Source: a virus. From it: 64,000 bases of DNA. A program made the translations under genes and the position numbers. Position 1 is the stretch's first letter; the number at the start of each line of letters is the position of its first letter. Positions 44,136 through 52,887 of this stretch are shown one piece after another. The stretch spans positions 1 through 64,000 of IMG/VR virus record IMGVR_UViG_3300009528_000013. One strand, 5' to 3'. A model generated the notes under the pieces. That model did not search any database and was not told the DNA's origin. It saw only the letters and a program-made list of their open reading frames with translations.

Positions 44136-45668
44136 GTGGACTTGAAACGGTTACAGACATCGGATATAGCGGACGTGGTGGAGGATTTGGGGACGGTACT
44201 CGAGGTGCGGGATGCGGTGGATCGCGGGGACTGGGAATTTTTGTATCGGGTGATCTTCGGATACCAGGTAGAGGCTTTTCATCGGAAGTGGGTAAACTTT
44301 CAGAATCGGAATCGGTTTACGGTGATAGCTGGACCTCGAGGTTTTGGGAAGACGATCACTTGTACGAAGGGGTTTGTATTGACGAAGAGCGTAGAGAGTC
44401 GGGAGCGGCGGGTATTGTTGGTGGGAAAGACGTTGCCCCAGTCGCGGAAGGTACAGCGGGAGATTCGTTTACAGTTACAGCGCAACGAGACGATGAAAGT
44501 TTTCGGACCGTTTTTCGATGAGGGCAGCACGGATACGGGAACGGAATTGATCTTTGCGGGTCGGCGGAGTTTGGATTCCGAGCCGAACGTCTCTTGTATC
44601 GGGATCGGTTCATCGAAGATTGGCGGTCATTACGATACGATTTTGTGTGAGGATTTGGTGGATGCTTCGAACTGCAGTGGGCGGAACGCGGAGCTACTGA
44701 GGGGTTGGGTATTGGAGGAACTGATGGGGATGTTGTTACCGGACGGGGAGATGCACTTCGTTCAATCGCGGTATGGGCCGGCGGACTTATGGGTAGATTT
44801 ACGGCGCACGGGGATCTTTGAGATGTTACAGACTGCGGCGCTGGTGGACGATCGAGGGGAGCCGAGCTTAAATGGTCAGTCTATTTGGGAAGCGATGATT
44901 TCGACGGAGGAGTTGAGACGACGGCTCAAGGTGATGGGCACACCATTTTTTCTGGCACAGTATCAGCAGGACCCGTCGGCGTTGGGACGGATGGGACAGA
45001 TACGATTTCGGGAGAGTGCGGTAGCGAAGAAGCGGTTGGGAGAGTTGGAAGTCCCTCCGATGGAGAAGATATGCGGGGTAGATTTGGGGGCATCGTTGGG
45101 CAAGGTAGGAGCGCGCACGGTATTCACGGTAGCGGGGAAACTGGAATCCGAGGGGACTGAGGCGCATCGATCTTGGTTACTGGACATCCGGGCGGGGGAA
45201 TGGGAGTTGGACGAGATCGGGCAGGTATTCAACGAGATAGATTTGAAGTGGGGACCGGATTTGAAATTCAGGTGTGAGGCGAACGGGGTGCAGCTTCTGA
45301 TAGCAAATGCACAGGGGGTGACGCACGAAGTAGAGCCGGTGCACGTTTTTGAATCTCGACCGAAGAGGAGACAGCGCCTGGCGATGAAATTCAATTCCGG
45401 TGCGGTGGGATACGTGGAGGGCTTAGAGGATGAGATGGAGGAATTTTGGGAGTGGCCGGATTGGTATCGGGAGGACGTTTTGGATTCGGCTGACTTGGCG
45501 CTCGGAGGATTGGATGAGCCTACCGGGGGCGACTTCGATTCGATGACTGCGGAAGGAGAATTCAGAGGCACAGAGCCGAGAGCGCGGGAGGTGCTGCTTG
45601 AGCTATTACGGGAGCGGAATACAACGGTTGGCAAGGGTCCAAGGAGGGCTCGACTGCAGCTTGCGTAA
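44136..45668 (+). CDS. terL: terminase large subunit
   Basis: Walker A AGPRGFGKT, GGHYDTILCEDLVD, FLAQYQQDP, nuclease ICGVDLG and EDVLDSA. Confidence 0.92.
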   Translation: MDLKRLQTSDIADVVEDLGTVLEVRDAVDRGDWEFLYRVIFGYQVEAFHRKWVNFQNRNRFTVIAGPRGFGKTITCTKGFVLTKSVESRERRVLLVGKTLPQSRKVQREIRLQLQRNETMKVFGPFFDEGSTDTGTELIFAGRRSLDSEPNVSCIGIGSSKIGGHYDTILCEDLVDASNCSGRNAELLRGWVLEELMGMLLPDGEMHFVQSRYGPADLWVDLRRTGIFEMLQTAALVDDRGEPSLNGQSIWEAMISTEELRRRLKVMGTPFFLAQYQQDPSALGRMGQIRFRESAVAKKRLGELEVPPMEKICGVDLGASLGKVGARTVFTVAGKLESEGTEAHRSWLLDIRAGEWELDEIGQVFNEIDLKWGPDLKFRCEANGVQLLIANAQGVTHEVEPVHVFESRPKRRQRLAMKFNSGAVGYVEGLEDEMEEFWEWPDWYREDVLDSADLALGGLDEPTGGDFDSMTAEGEFRGTEPRAREVLLELLRERNTTVGKGPRRARLQLA

Positions 45669-45800
45669 ATGATTTGAAGGGGATTGAGGTTGTGGAAACG
45701 CTCGTGGGATCGAACGCCTGGCAGTGGATGCAACTTGGGTCTGCGGTGAGGTGAGATCCATTTCCATATTTCAATCCCCTTCGACGGGACAGGTTCAGAT

Positions 45801-46055
45801 ATGAAGAAAACAGTTCGGGTTACTCAGATCATTGAAGTTGAAATAGACGAAACGAAATTCGATGATGAGTTCCTGGAGGAATTCCGTAAATCTTTTTATC
45901 CATTCCATACGATTGAAGGGCACATAGGGCACTTAGCTCAGATGTATGCGCGCGGTCTGATCGCTGATGGAAACTTCATCGAGGGTTATGGGAAGCCGGA
46001 AGAGACGGGCATCAAATTCAAACTTGCTGATTTCGAAGTGGAGATCGTCGAATAA
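45801..46055 (+). CDS. acidic hypothetical protein
   Basis: 84 aa between terL and portal. Confidence 0.6.
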   Translation: MKKTVRVTQIIEVEIDETKFDDEFLEEFRKSFYPFHTIEGHIGHLAQMYARGLIADGNFIEGYGKPEETGIKFKLADFEVEIVE

Positions 46056-46057
46056 GT

Positions 46058-47443
46058 GTGACGAGAGGAGCACGGCGAATGCCCTTTAGAGTAAATCCTG
46101 CTATGGAAACTTCTCAAGCTTTGACGGTTAAAGCGCAGGATATCCGGAGCGAGATGATGGATCGGAAGGAGCGGGAGGGGGAGGATTACAGTTCCGGTAT
46201 GGATATGATCGCGCCCGGGCGGCGAGATTCCAGATACGTGAAGGGGCGTGATACCACCTACGATGACTACGCCTTCCCGGAGTGGCAGCCGAGAACGGGC
46301 CGGCTGTCTTATGCGATGCTTCGGAAGATTTACGAGAGATCTTCTTACGTTCGGCCGTGTGTGGATGCACTGGTTCGATCGGTCTCATCGTTGCCATGGG
46401 TCGTCCGTCCATTCAGGGGTGGTGACGAGAAGAATGCGAGCGCGGTGAGGGAGTTTCTGCGGGACCCGAACTCGAACGAGGAGAGTCTACGTAAAATCTT
46501 TGGACAAGTTTTGACCGACGTGATGGTGATTGACGAAGGGATCATCGAAAAAATCAAATCGTTGGACGGCACGCTTTTGGAGATAATGGCTCGGGATGGC
46601 GCGACTTTTATTCCGATCAAGGATGTGCACGGTATTCTCTATGGGTACGTTCAGAAGATGGAGCCGTATGACCTCGTAAAGTTTACTAAAGATGAAGTGA
46701 TGTACTTCGAGCTTTATCCGACTACGTGGACGGCTTATGGACTTCCGATCATTGAGACCATCGTCAATGAGATCGCATCGCTGATGTTCTCCGTGCAATG
46801 GATCGCCGACTCGTTCACAGAGGATAAGATCCCACCGGGAATTTTGGTATTGGATCACATTGCGAAGGACGCTTACGAGCGAGCCAAAGCCGAATTTCAG
46901 AGCGGAGAGGATAGTCAGTTTACTGTCAAGCTATTTCGGAACGTCGGTAAGGCGGAGTGGATTGAACTCAAGCGTGCCAATGCAGATATGCAATTGGCCG
47001 AGTTGAATATACAAGTCGAGCGCATCGTCTACCGAAATTTTGGATTGCAGCCGTTTGAGATGGGGGTCACGACCGAGATCAACCGGGCGACCGCAGAGAT
47101 GGCGCTGAAAGTCTCGCAATCGCGGGTCTTCAAGCCATTGATTCAGATGGTAAACTATGCGATGAACCTGAGTCTCGTTCACCCGGTCTTTTCGGACGTA
47201 TACTTCAAGCTGATTCCGATGGACTTGGGGGATCCATTGTCGCGGGCCCAGACGATTTCGAGCTACGTGAAGCAGGAAATCATAACGAAAGAGGAAGCGC
47301 GTTGGTTGATCGAGGACGAATTTTTTGTCGAGGGGGGCTTGAGTGGAACGGAGAGCGACTTCAAATCTGCGAAGGGGGAACTGAGTGATGAACGAGACCG
47401 ACATGGAGAGGAGCGAGACGAAAGTCGAGAAGACGGGGACTGA
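46058..47443 (+). CDS. portal protein (HK97-like)
   Basis: VRPCVDALVRSVSSLPW, FLRDPN, YGLPIIE, PPGIL, NFGLQPFEMG, ITKEEARW; follows terL. Confidence 0.9.
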   Translation: MTRGARRMPFRVNPAMETSQALTVKAQDIRSEMMDRKEREGEDYSSGMDMIAPGRRDSRYVKGRDTTYDDYAFPEWQPRTGRLSYAMLRKIYERSSYVRPCVDALVRSVSSLPWVVRPFRGGDEKNASAVREFLRDPNSNEESLRKIFGQVLTDVMVIDEGIIEKIKSLDGTLLEIMARDGATFIPIKDVHGILYGYVQKMEPYDLVKFTKDEVMYFELYPTTWTAYGLPIIETIVNEIASLMFSVQWIADSFTEDKIPPGILVLDHIAKDAYERAKAEFQSGEDSQFTVKLFRNVGKAEWIELKRANADMQLAELNIQVERIVYRNFGLQPFEMGVTTEINRATAEMALKVSQSRVFKPLIQMVNYAMNLSLVHPVFSDVYFKLIPMDLGDPLSRAQTISSYVKQEIITKEEARWLIEDEFFVEGGLSGTESDFKSAKGELSDERDRHGEERDESREDGD

Positions 47444-48152
47444 GAGATTGACTTGCGTGGTTTACGATGTCGAGATCGCAAAGGAAGTTCGTACCGTTGA
47501 ACGAGGATGGGATGACCCGGGAGGGATGGGTTTTGCTTCGGCGGTCGCCTACGACTTCAAGACCGATCGGTATCATTTTTTCCTGCACGAAGCGGGAAAG
47601 GCCGGTCTGCTGAATCTTCTGCGAGACCGCGTGGTGGTGACGTTCAACGGTGTCAAGTTCGACAGCAGAGTCGTCCTGGGGAATCACCGCGTCGCTGATT
47701 TTGTGTCCGATGGAATGGTTTTGATCTCTGGGACTCGGGTCTTCTGCGAGCCGTCGCTCAAAGGAGGCGAAGTCTTGAATACGATGCGGACGGCCGAGTG
47801 GATTGAGTTGGATCTTCTGCTGAGGTACGTCCAATCGCGGTTCGGTTGTGCTTCGGTTATGGAAGCGGAAGAGTTACTGGGAGATAAGACGATCTACGAT
47901 GGAACATTCGGCCTGGACGGATTGGCCGAAGGGACTCTGGGTCTGAAGAAGATCGGATACGGATCGAAAGCCCCGCTGTTGTATCAGCAGGAAAGATATG
48001 ATGAGCTTTTGAGCTATAATCTGCACGATGTCAGATTGACCCGGAAGCTGCTGGAACAAGCCCGAAATTCGGGCGGTATTTTGACCGATAGCGCGAGGCG
48101 AAGCGTTCGAATTGATTTAGGGAGGTTCTGGACATGGGAGAGAAACGGCTGA
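47385..48152 (+). CDS. DEDD/RNase H-like 3'-5' exonuclease (YprB-like)
   Basis: VVYDVEI, TFNGVKFD, LDLL, LDGLAEGTLG, YNLHDVRLT. Confidence 0.8.
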   Translation: MMNETDMERSETKVEKTGTERLTCVVYDVEIAKEVRTVERGWDDPGGMGFASAVAYDFKTDRYHFFLHEAGKAGLLNLLRDRVVVTFNGVKFDSRVVLGNHRVADFVSDGMVLISGTRVFCEPSLKGGEVLNTMRTAEWIELDLLLRYVQSRFGCASVMEAEELLGDKTIYDGTFGLDGLAEGTLGLKKIGYGSKAPLLYQQERYDELLSYNLHDVRLTRKLLEQARNSGGILTDSARRSVRIDLGRFWTWERNG

Positions 48153-48769
48153 AGGTGTTCTTTGATTCTGAGTTTACCGGGTTGCATCAGCAGACAACCC
48201 TGGTGAGTATCGGCCTGATCGCGGAGACCGATGAGACGTTCTACGCCGAGTTTATCGGTTGGGATCAGAGGGCTCTGAAAAATAAGTGGTTCAAGAAGAA
48301 CGTCTTTGAGCATTTGCTCTACGATCACACATTTACAGTGCGCGGCTTTCCCGATGAGGTGCGGACCAGGAACAATCCGCAGCACATTAAAGCCAACTTG
48401 GGCCAATGGTTCAAGGTTCTCCTCGATCGGCATAGTGCAGTAAAGATCGAACTCTGGTCGGACTGTCTGGCATACGATTGGGTCCTTTTTTGCGAGCTTT
48501 GGGGCGGTGCGCTGAAGGTTCCTGATGAGATTTACTACATCCCCTTCGATCTGTGTACGCTCCTCTGGATAGTTGGAGAAGATACGGACGTGAATCGGGA
48601 AGCGTTCGCCGGACTTTTCTCTTCCAAAGCGGACAAGCACAATGCGCTCTGGGATGCGCGGGTGATCCGGAAGTGTTATAGAAATTGCACTTTGAAAGCC
48701 CCCGATTTCAATCGTGGGGATGAAGAAGTGCTGGCCGAAGGCCATTCTCACAGATCAACTCAAGTATAA
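48134..48769 (+). CDS. Rv2179c/DUF5051-like 3'-5' exoribonuclease; C-terminus replaced by an inserted element
   Basis: FFDSEFTGL, LVSIGL, FYAE, AYDWVLF, HNALWDAR; last ~29 codons come from the IS200/IS605 insert. Confidence 0.8.
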   Translation: MGEKRLKVFFDSEFTGLHQQTTLVSIGLIAETDETFYAEFIGWDQRALKNKWFKKNVFEHLLYDHTFTVRGFPDEVRTRNNPQHIKANLGQWFKVLLDRHSAVKIELWSDCLAYDWVLFCELWGGALKVPDEIYYIPFDLCTLLWIVGEDTDVNREAFAGLFSSKADKHNALWDARVIRKCYRNCTLKAPDFNRGDEEVLAEGHSHRSTQV

Positions 48770-48954
48770 GTGAGAGCTTGAGGGCATACAGGCAGTTTAG
48801 GTCTGTGAAAGGAATATGCACAAAGTACCTCCCGGAGGTAGGTGTCTCTTGGAGTAGTGGCTGTTTGGCACAGCCCTCGGTAGTTGCATGGAACTAGGTT
48901 CTTTGCGATGACCGCCCGATAATCCCCCCGGCTTCAGTCGTGGGGGAGTGTCAA
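48680..48954 (+). mobile_element. Non-autonomous IS200/IS605-family element (PATE-like, 275 nt), possibly retaining an omegaRNA
   Basis: Left end: TTAT target at 48676-79, AAAG at +16..+19, hairpin CCCCCGATTTCAATCGTGGGG. Right end: TAAT at -35..-32, hairpin CCCCCCGGCTTCAGTCGTGGGGG, terminal TCAA. No tnpA/tnpB ORF inside. Confidence 0.8.
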
Positions 48955-48986
48955 GCCCGTTCCTTTCCCGATAAGGACATAGGCAG

Positions 48987-49544
48987 ATGCATGAATCTTG
49001 TCTTGCATTCGGAATGAGGTGTTTGGGTCGAGAAGAGATTGAGGGGAAAAGTGTCCTCGAGGTCGGCTCTTACGACATAAACGGCAGCTTCCGTCCTCGA
49101 ATTAAATCTTTTGGCCCGAGCGAATACATCGGAATAGATTTGATGAGTGGGCCGAGGGTCGATCTGGTTCTTTCGGCGGAGAGGGTCATAGAGCATTTCG
49201 GAGAGAATCGATTTGATGTCGTGCTCTCTACCGAAGTTCTTGAGCACGTAAGGGACTGGAAGAAGGTTATTTCGAACATTAAACGGGTTTGTAAACCGCG
49301 AGGGATGATTCTAATTACAACGCGATCTCTTGGTTTTCCCCACCATACTGCTCCTTTCGATTTCTGGCGATACGAACTATCCGATATGGAGCATATTTTC
49401 TCCGATTGCGAGATACAGCTATTACGAAAAGATCCTCAGGTCCCGGGGGTTTTTCTCAAGGCGTGGAAGCCCGATCCGTTCTCCGAAGTTGATTTATCCG
49501 ACTATGAAGTGTTCGGTCCGATAGATCCGCTGAACGGGGAGTGA
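48987..49544 (+). CDS. class I SAM-dependent methyltransferase
   Basis: VLEVGSYDING, YIGID, FDVVLSTEVLEHV, DFWRY. Confidence 0.85.
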   Translation: MHESCLAFGMRCLGREEIEGKSVLEVGSYDINGSFRPRIKSFGPSEYIGIDLMSGPRVDLVLSAERVIEHFGENRFDVVLSTEVLEHVRDWKKVISNIKRVCKPRGMILITTRSLGFPHHTAPFDFWRYELSDMEHIFSDCEIQLLRKDPQVPGVFLKAWKPDPFSEVDLSDYEVFGPIDPLNGE

Positions 49545-49580
49545 GTAAGGCGCGTAATAAATTAGAAAGTGAGGTACTGA

Positions 49581-50441
49581 ATGGGCGATGAACCGATTTT
49601 TGGGCTGATGATGATCGCTTCGACCGATGAGACGTACATCGAGCAGAGTCTGACGCCGTTCTTGGAATCGGAGCGTATTGTTGAGATCAACGTGCTGCTT
49701 TCTCAGGGGCATTACTTCTGCGGCAGAGAGATCACGCCTGACAGAACCGAGGAGATCTTAGAAGGCCTGAAGTGTCCGAAGTTGAAGATCACGAAGGAAG
49801 AGTACCCGAGTGAGGCGTTCGTGAGAAATCTGGGGATGAGTCTGTTCCAGGAGAGCGACATGATCTTGGTTTTCGACCCGGATGAGATCATCTTGCCGCC
49901 AATGCTGGACAAAGCTATGGATTGGATCGAAGTACATCCCTACCAGCTTTATTCGATGACATTTACCGGGTACTGGAAAGACGTGAACCATCAGCTTGTG
50001 ATCAAGCATCCGACGGGCGTGGTCGCTGTGAGTCGGGATGTCCATTTCGACGAGGGGCGAATTGCCCGGGGCTGGAGAGAGATAAACATTCCTGCGCATG
50101 AAGTCCATTTCCATCATTTCGGATTGGCGCTTCCGCCAGAAGCGCAACTTGAAAAATGCCGACGAGTACCCCTTCATCCACTCTGGTACGAGCGAATTTG
50201 GAAGGGTTGGATCCCGGGAATGGAGAACCTTCACCCAATAGTCCCGGACGCTTGGCCAGGAGTCGCTGAAGTTGAGCCGGATCCGGCTTTGATTAAGTAC
50301 CTGGCACAGTTCGAGGCTAAGAAAAAAAAAGTCGTCGAGGTTGAGATAGAGGAGAAGGTAACAACAGATGAAGGAACTGAGCCCAAGCGCAGCAGTAAAT
50401 CTGGGAGGGCTACTGGTCGGGGACACGCTCAGAGTGGCTAA
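49581..50441 (+). CDS. glycosyltransferase family 2-like protein
   Basis: RNLGM...ILVFDPDE (DxD), FHHFG. Confidence 0.7.
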   Translation: MGDEPIFGLMMIASTDETYIEQSLTPFLESERIVEINVLLSQGHYFCGREITPDRTEEILEGLKCPKLKITKEEYPSEAFVRNLGMSLFQESDMILVFDPDEIILPPMLDKAMDWIEVHPYQLYSMTFTGYWKDVNHQLVIKHPTGVVAVSRDVHFDEGRIARGWREINIPAHEVHFHHFGLALPPEAQLEKCRRVPLHPLWYERIWKGWIPGMENLHPIVPDAWPGVAEVEPDPALIKYLAQFEAKKKKVVEVEIEEKVTTDEGTEPKRSSKSGRATGRGHAQSG

Positions 50442-51150
50442 GTTTTTGAAGACCGCACGGCAATTTCTTGCGCCGAATGAGGGGATGGTAGCATTTTGCG
50501 ACGACTGGAATGCAGGAGTCGTGGATCTCTTTATACGATCTTCGGATATCCCGATCTCAGAATCGGCGGTTTTTCCTTTTGCGGAGATCCTGAATCGTGC
50601 GGGAAGAAAACAGAGATCGCGTGATTGGGACGGTGACGTTGAGCTTTTCCGGGTCGACCCAGAAGTGGAAAAGGCCGGATATCCTTTCGACAGAGTTTTT
50701 TACCCGATCTTGCCGGATCTCCACGACGATCTGACAGAATTTGAAATTGCCTTCGCGCATACACCGGAAGTCGATCTCCCCGAAAAATTCATCGCGGTTC
50801 ATCCGTCTTCGGTCTCGAAACGAAAGGAAATTCCGGCTTTGTTTGCGGCGGAGTTTCCGTTTCCAGTTGTGAACGTTGGGGGAAAAGACGAAAGAACAGT
50901 TCGGGATGCTCAGGTTGAGAATGGCCGGCCTCTGTGGGAGACCGCTTGGATCTTGAAGCAGGCGGTGGCGACGGTCGGGATTTGTTCATCGATCACGCAG
51001 TTGGCGGCTCAGATCGGGTGTCGAACGGTGATGTGTCATTACGAAGAATGGTGTTTCAAGTTTCTCGGTGTCCGAGATCTCGGTGGCAGAGATCTCTTGA
51101 ATCCAGGCAGAATTCAAATTGAGCAAATGGTTGAAGTCGCAGTTGGATAA
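50368..51150 (+). CDS. glycosyltransferase family 9-like (heptosyltransferase-type GT-B)
   Basis: LVGDTL, FIAVHP, VVNVGG, LWETAWILKQA..VGICSSITQLAAQIG. Confidence 0.7.
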   Translation: MKELSPSAAVNLGGLLVGDTLRVAKFLKTARQFLAPNEGMVAFCDDWNAGVVDLFIRSSDIPISESAVFPFAEILNRAGRKQRSRDWDGDVELFRVDPEVEKAGYPFDRVFYPILPDLHDDLTEFEIAFAHTPEVDLPEKFIAVHPSSVSKRKEIPALFAAEFPFPVVNVGGKDERTVRDAQVENGRPLWETAWILKQAVATVGICSSITQLAAQIGCRTVMCHYEEWCFKFLGVRDLGGRDLLNPGRIQIEQMVEVAVG

Positions 51151-51159
51151 AGGAAATCG

Positions 51160-51417
51160 ATGCTATTAGCTCTTCAGATCGTAGCGGGTGCCGTTCTCAC
51201 ACTGTTACTCGTTCTGCTTGGATTTCTGTCGAGGAGAATTTCGCAGAATGAAAAGCGGATTCATGAGATCGAAAAGGTTATCGCAAAACTTTCAAATGAT
51301 GTTCAGCATCGGCTGACTGGAGTTGAGACCGATCTGAAATGGATCAAGAAGGAGCAGGAAACTCAGAGTAAGACACTGCAAAGGATTGAAGATTTTGTCA
51401 GAAAGGAAGGAGACTGA
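51160..51417 (+). CDS. small membrane protein with coiled coil (holin/XhlA-like)
   Basis: One TM helix followed by heptad repeats; AAGGA RBS. Confidence 0.55.
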   Translation: MLLALQIVAGAVLTLLLVLLGFLSRRISQNEKRIHEIEKVIAKLSNDVQHRLTGVETDLKWIKKEQETQSKTLQRIEDFVRKEGD

Positions 51418-51764
51418 TGATTGCGAAAGAGATCAGGACGACAATCTTGGGTTTGATGGGTGAGGTATTGGATCTCCTGCGAATTAGTCCGCTGGACGAT
51501 CGGCAGGTGGACCAGATCAAGACTACGCTCAAGAACACCGTAAATCGAGAGCTGGTTCGGCTTCTGGAGAACCTCGAAGCGCAGAAGGTGATCAAAAAGT
51601 GTGAATGTCTGGAGAAGCTGTTGGCCGAAAGGGATCCGAAAGAGCGACGTAGGCTTTTCGGAGTCCGGGATGCCTGCGAAAAATGTGAGGGATCGGGCTA
51701 CATCGATATAAAGAAGCCGGTCCCGAAGAGGAAGAGTGCGGAACATGCAGAATCTAAATCTTGA
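51417..51764 (+). CDS. hypothetical protein
   Basis: 115 aa; CECL...CEKC. Confidence 0.6.
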   Translation: MIAKEIRTTILGLMGEVLDLLRISPLDDRQVDQIKTTLKNTVNRELVRLLENLEAQKVIKKCECLEKLLAERDPKERRRLFGVRDACEKCEGSGYIDIKKPVPKRKSAEHAESKS

Positions 51765-52887
51765 AATCGAGAAGATCAAGGACATTTCGGACTACGATCC
51801 AGATGGAACAAAAGACTGGGCGGCATTGAAGCCAGACGGAACAAAAGACTGGGCGGCATTGAAGGATGATGCCCGGATTTGTGCGGGATGGTACGCCACA
51901 TTCTTGGACCCGGACAAAGAGATCAAGTTCAGTGAGGTGGAGATTGTCGCTGTCGCCGTCAAGGTTTACAAGGAGATTGCGCGGTGTAAGAAGCTCGATC
52001 CAGAAGAATATAAGTATACCGTGAATCCCGATGAGATGAAATCGGCGGCGAAGAAGCTCTGGGAGAGGGTAGCGAAGGAACTGAGTAAGACTGAGATCGA
52101 GATTCTACTCAAGGAGGCCGAAGAGAATGCCAAAGTCGATAAGGAACAAGGAAAAGGTCAGAAAGAGACAACGGAAGAAGAAGAGAAGGACGATGAGTAC
52201 GCTGAAGTGAAGCCATCGGGCGATAAGAAGGGACGAGAGGTCACCGTTGAGGAAGTCCTGGAAAAGTTCGAATCGTTCCTATTGAGGAAGCCGTTTCTCT
52301 ATTTGGTCGGTGGTCTGGCTAACAATGGCAAAACAACCGGAGACATCGATATTTTGGTCAAAGCGGAAGAGGATTTACCGGACTCGTTCAGGATCCCATT
52401 GGAGTTTAGAATCTATCGGATGTTTGCACCGGAGGATCGACCTCGCGTCCATATTTTATATGATCTCTATCAGGGTCCGTTCACTACGCACTACGAGTTA
52501 GCGGATTTGAAAGTCGATAATCACGAGGAATTTGTTCGGGTCGAAATGAGTAGAGATTTGGAAGAGGAGAAGGAGGACAAAGACGGAGTTCTCTCGGAGA
52601 TTGAGAAGAGTCTGGGCGAAGAAGGGTTTCCAGAAGAGTTTGTGGAGAAGGCGCGATTTCATTTGGAAATTCAAAAAGCCGAGTTTGGATTGGCCGGGAA
52701 AGAGGGCGTGGCCGCGAATCGTGAAGCGAAACAATCGATGCGTCAAGACCGGGTTGTGATGAATAGAAGATTCTATCCGCAGAAGACCTCAGTTTCGGCG
52801 ATGATGGCATATCGAGTCCAGGAGACGTATTCGGTTTCACAGACGTTGGATTACTTGCAGAAATTATATGAACGAGGAATTCGATGA
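51736..52887 (+). CDS. multi-domain head-module protein with Pol-beta/MNT-type nucleotidyltransferase domain; C-terminus resembles a ligase N-terminal segment
   Basis: YLVGGLANNGKTTGDIDILV (GG...DxD); 33-bp duplication at 51799-51864; C-terminal RFYPQK. Confidence 0.7.
   Translation: MRNMQNLNLEIEKIKDISDYDPDGTKDWAALKPDGTKDWAALKDDARICAGWYATFLDPDKEIKFSEVEIVAVAVKVYKEIARCKKLDPEEYKYTVNPDEMKSAAKKLWERVAKELSKTEIEILLKEAEENAKVDKEQGKGQKETTEEEEKDDEYAEVKPSGDKKGREVTVEEVLEKFESFLLRKPFLYLVGGLANNGKTTGDIDILVKAEEDLPDSFRIPLEFRIYRMFAPEDRPRVHILYDLYQGPFTTHYELADLKVDNHEEFVRVEMSRDLEEEKEDKDGVLSEIEKSLGEEGFPEEFVEKARFHLEIQKAEFGLAGKEGVAANREAKQSMRQDRVVMNRRFYPQKTSVSAMMAYRVQETYSVSQTLDYLQKLYERGIR

Noticed and set aside
50322-50441. 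A9 tract and 74-nt overlap between the GT2 and GT9 genes as a programmed frameshift or phase switch
   Set aside because: The GT9 frame has a stop between the tract and its own RBS/ATG, so no fusion is possible; slippage would only trim the GT2 tail
51799-51864. 33-bp exact-length duplication (PDGTKDWAALK x2), MAKS x5 and E/T repeats as functional arrays
   Set aside because: Simple in-frame slippage duplications with no evidence of a separate function
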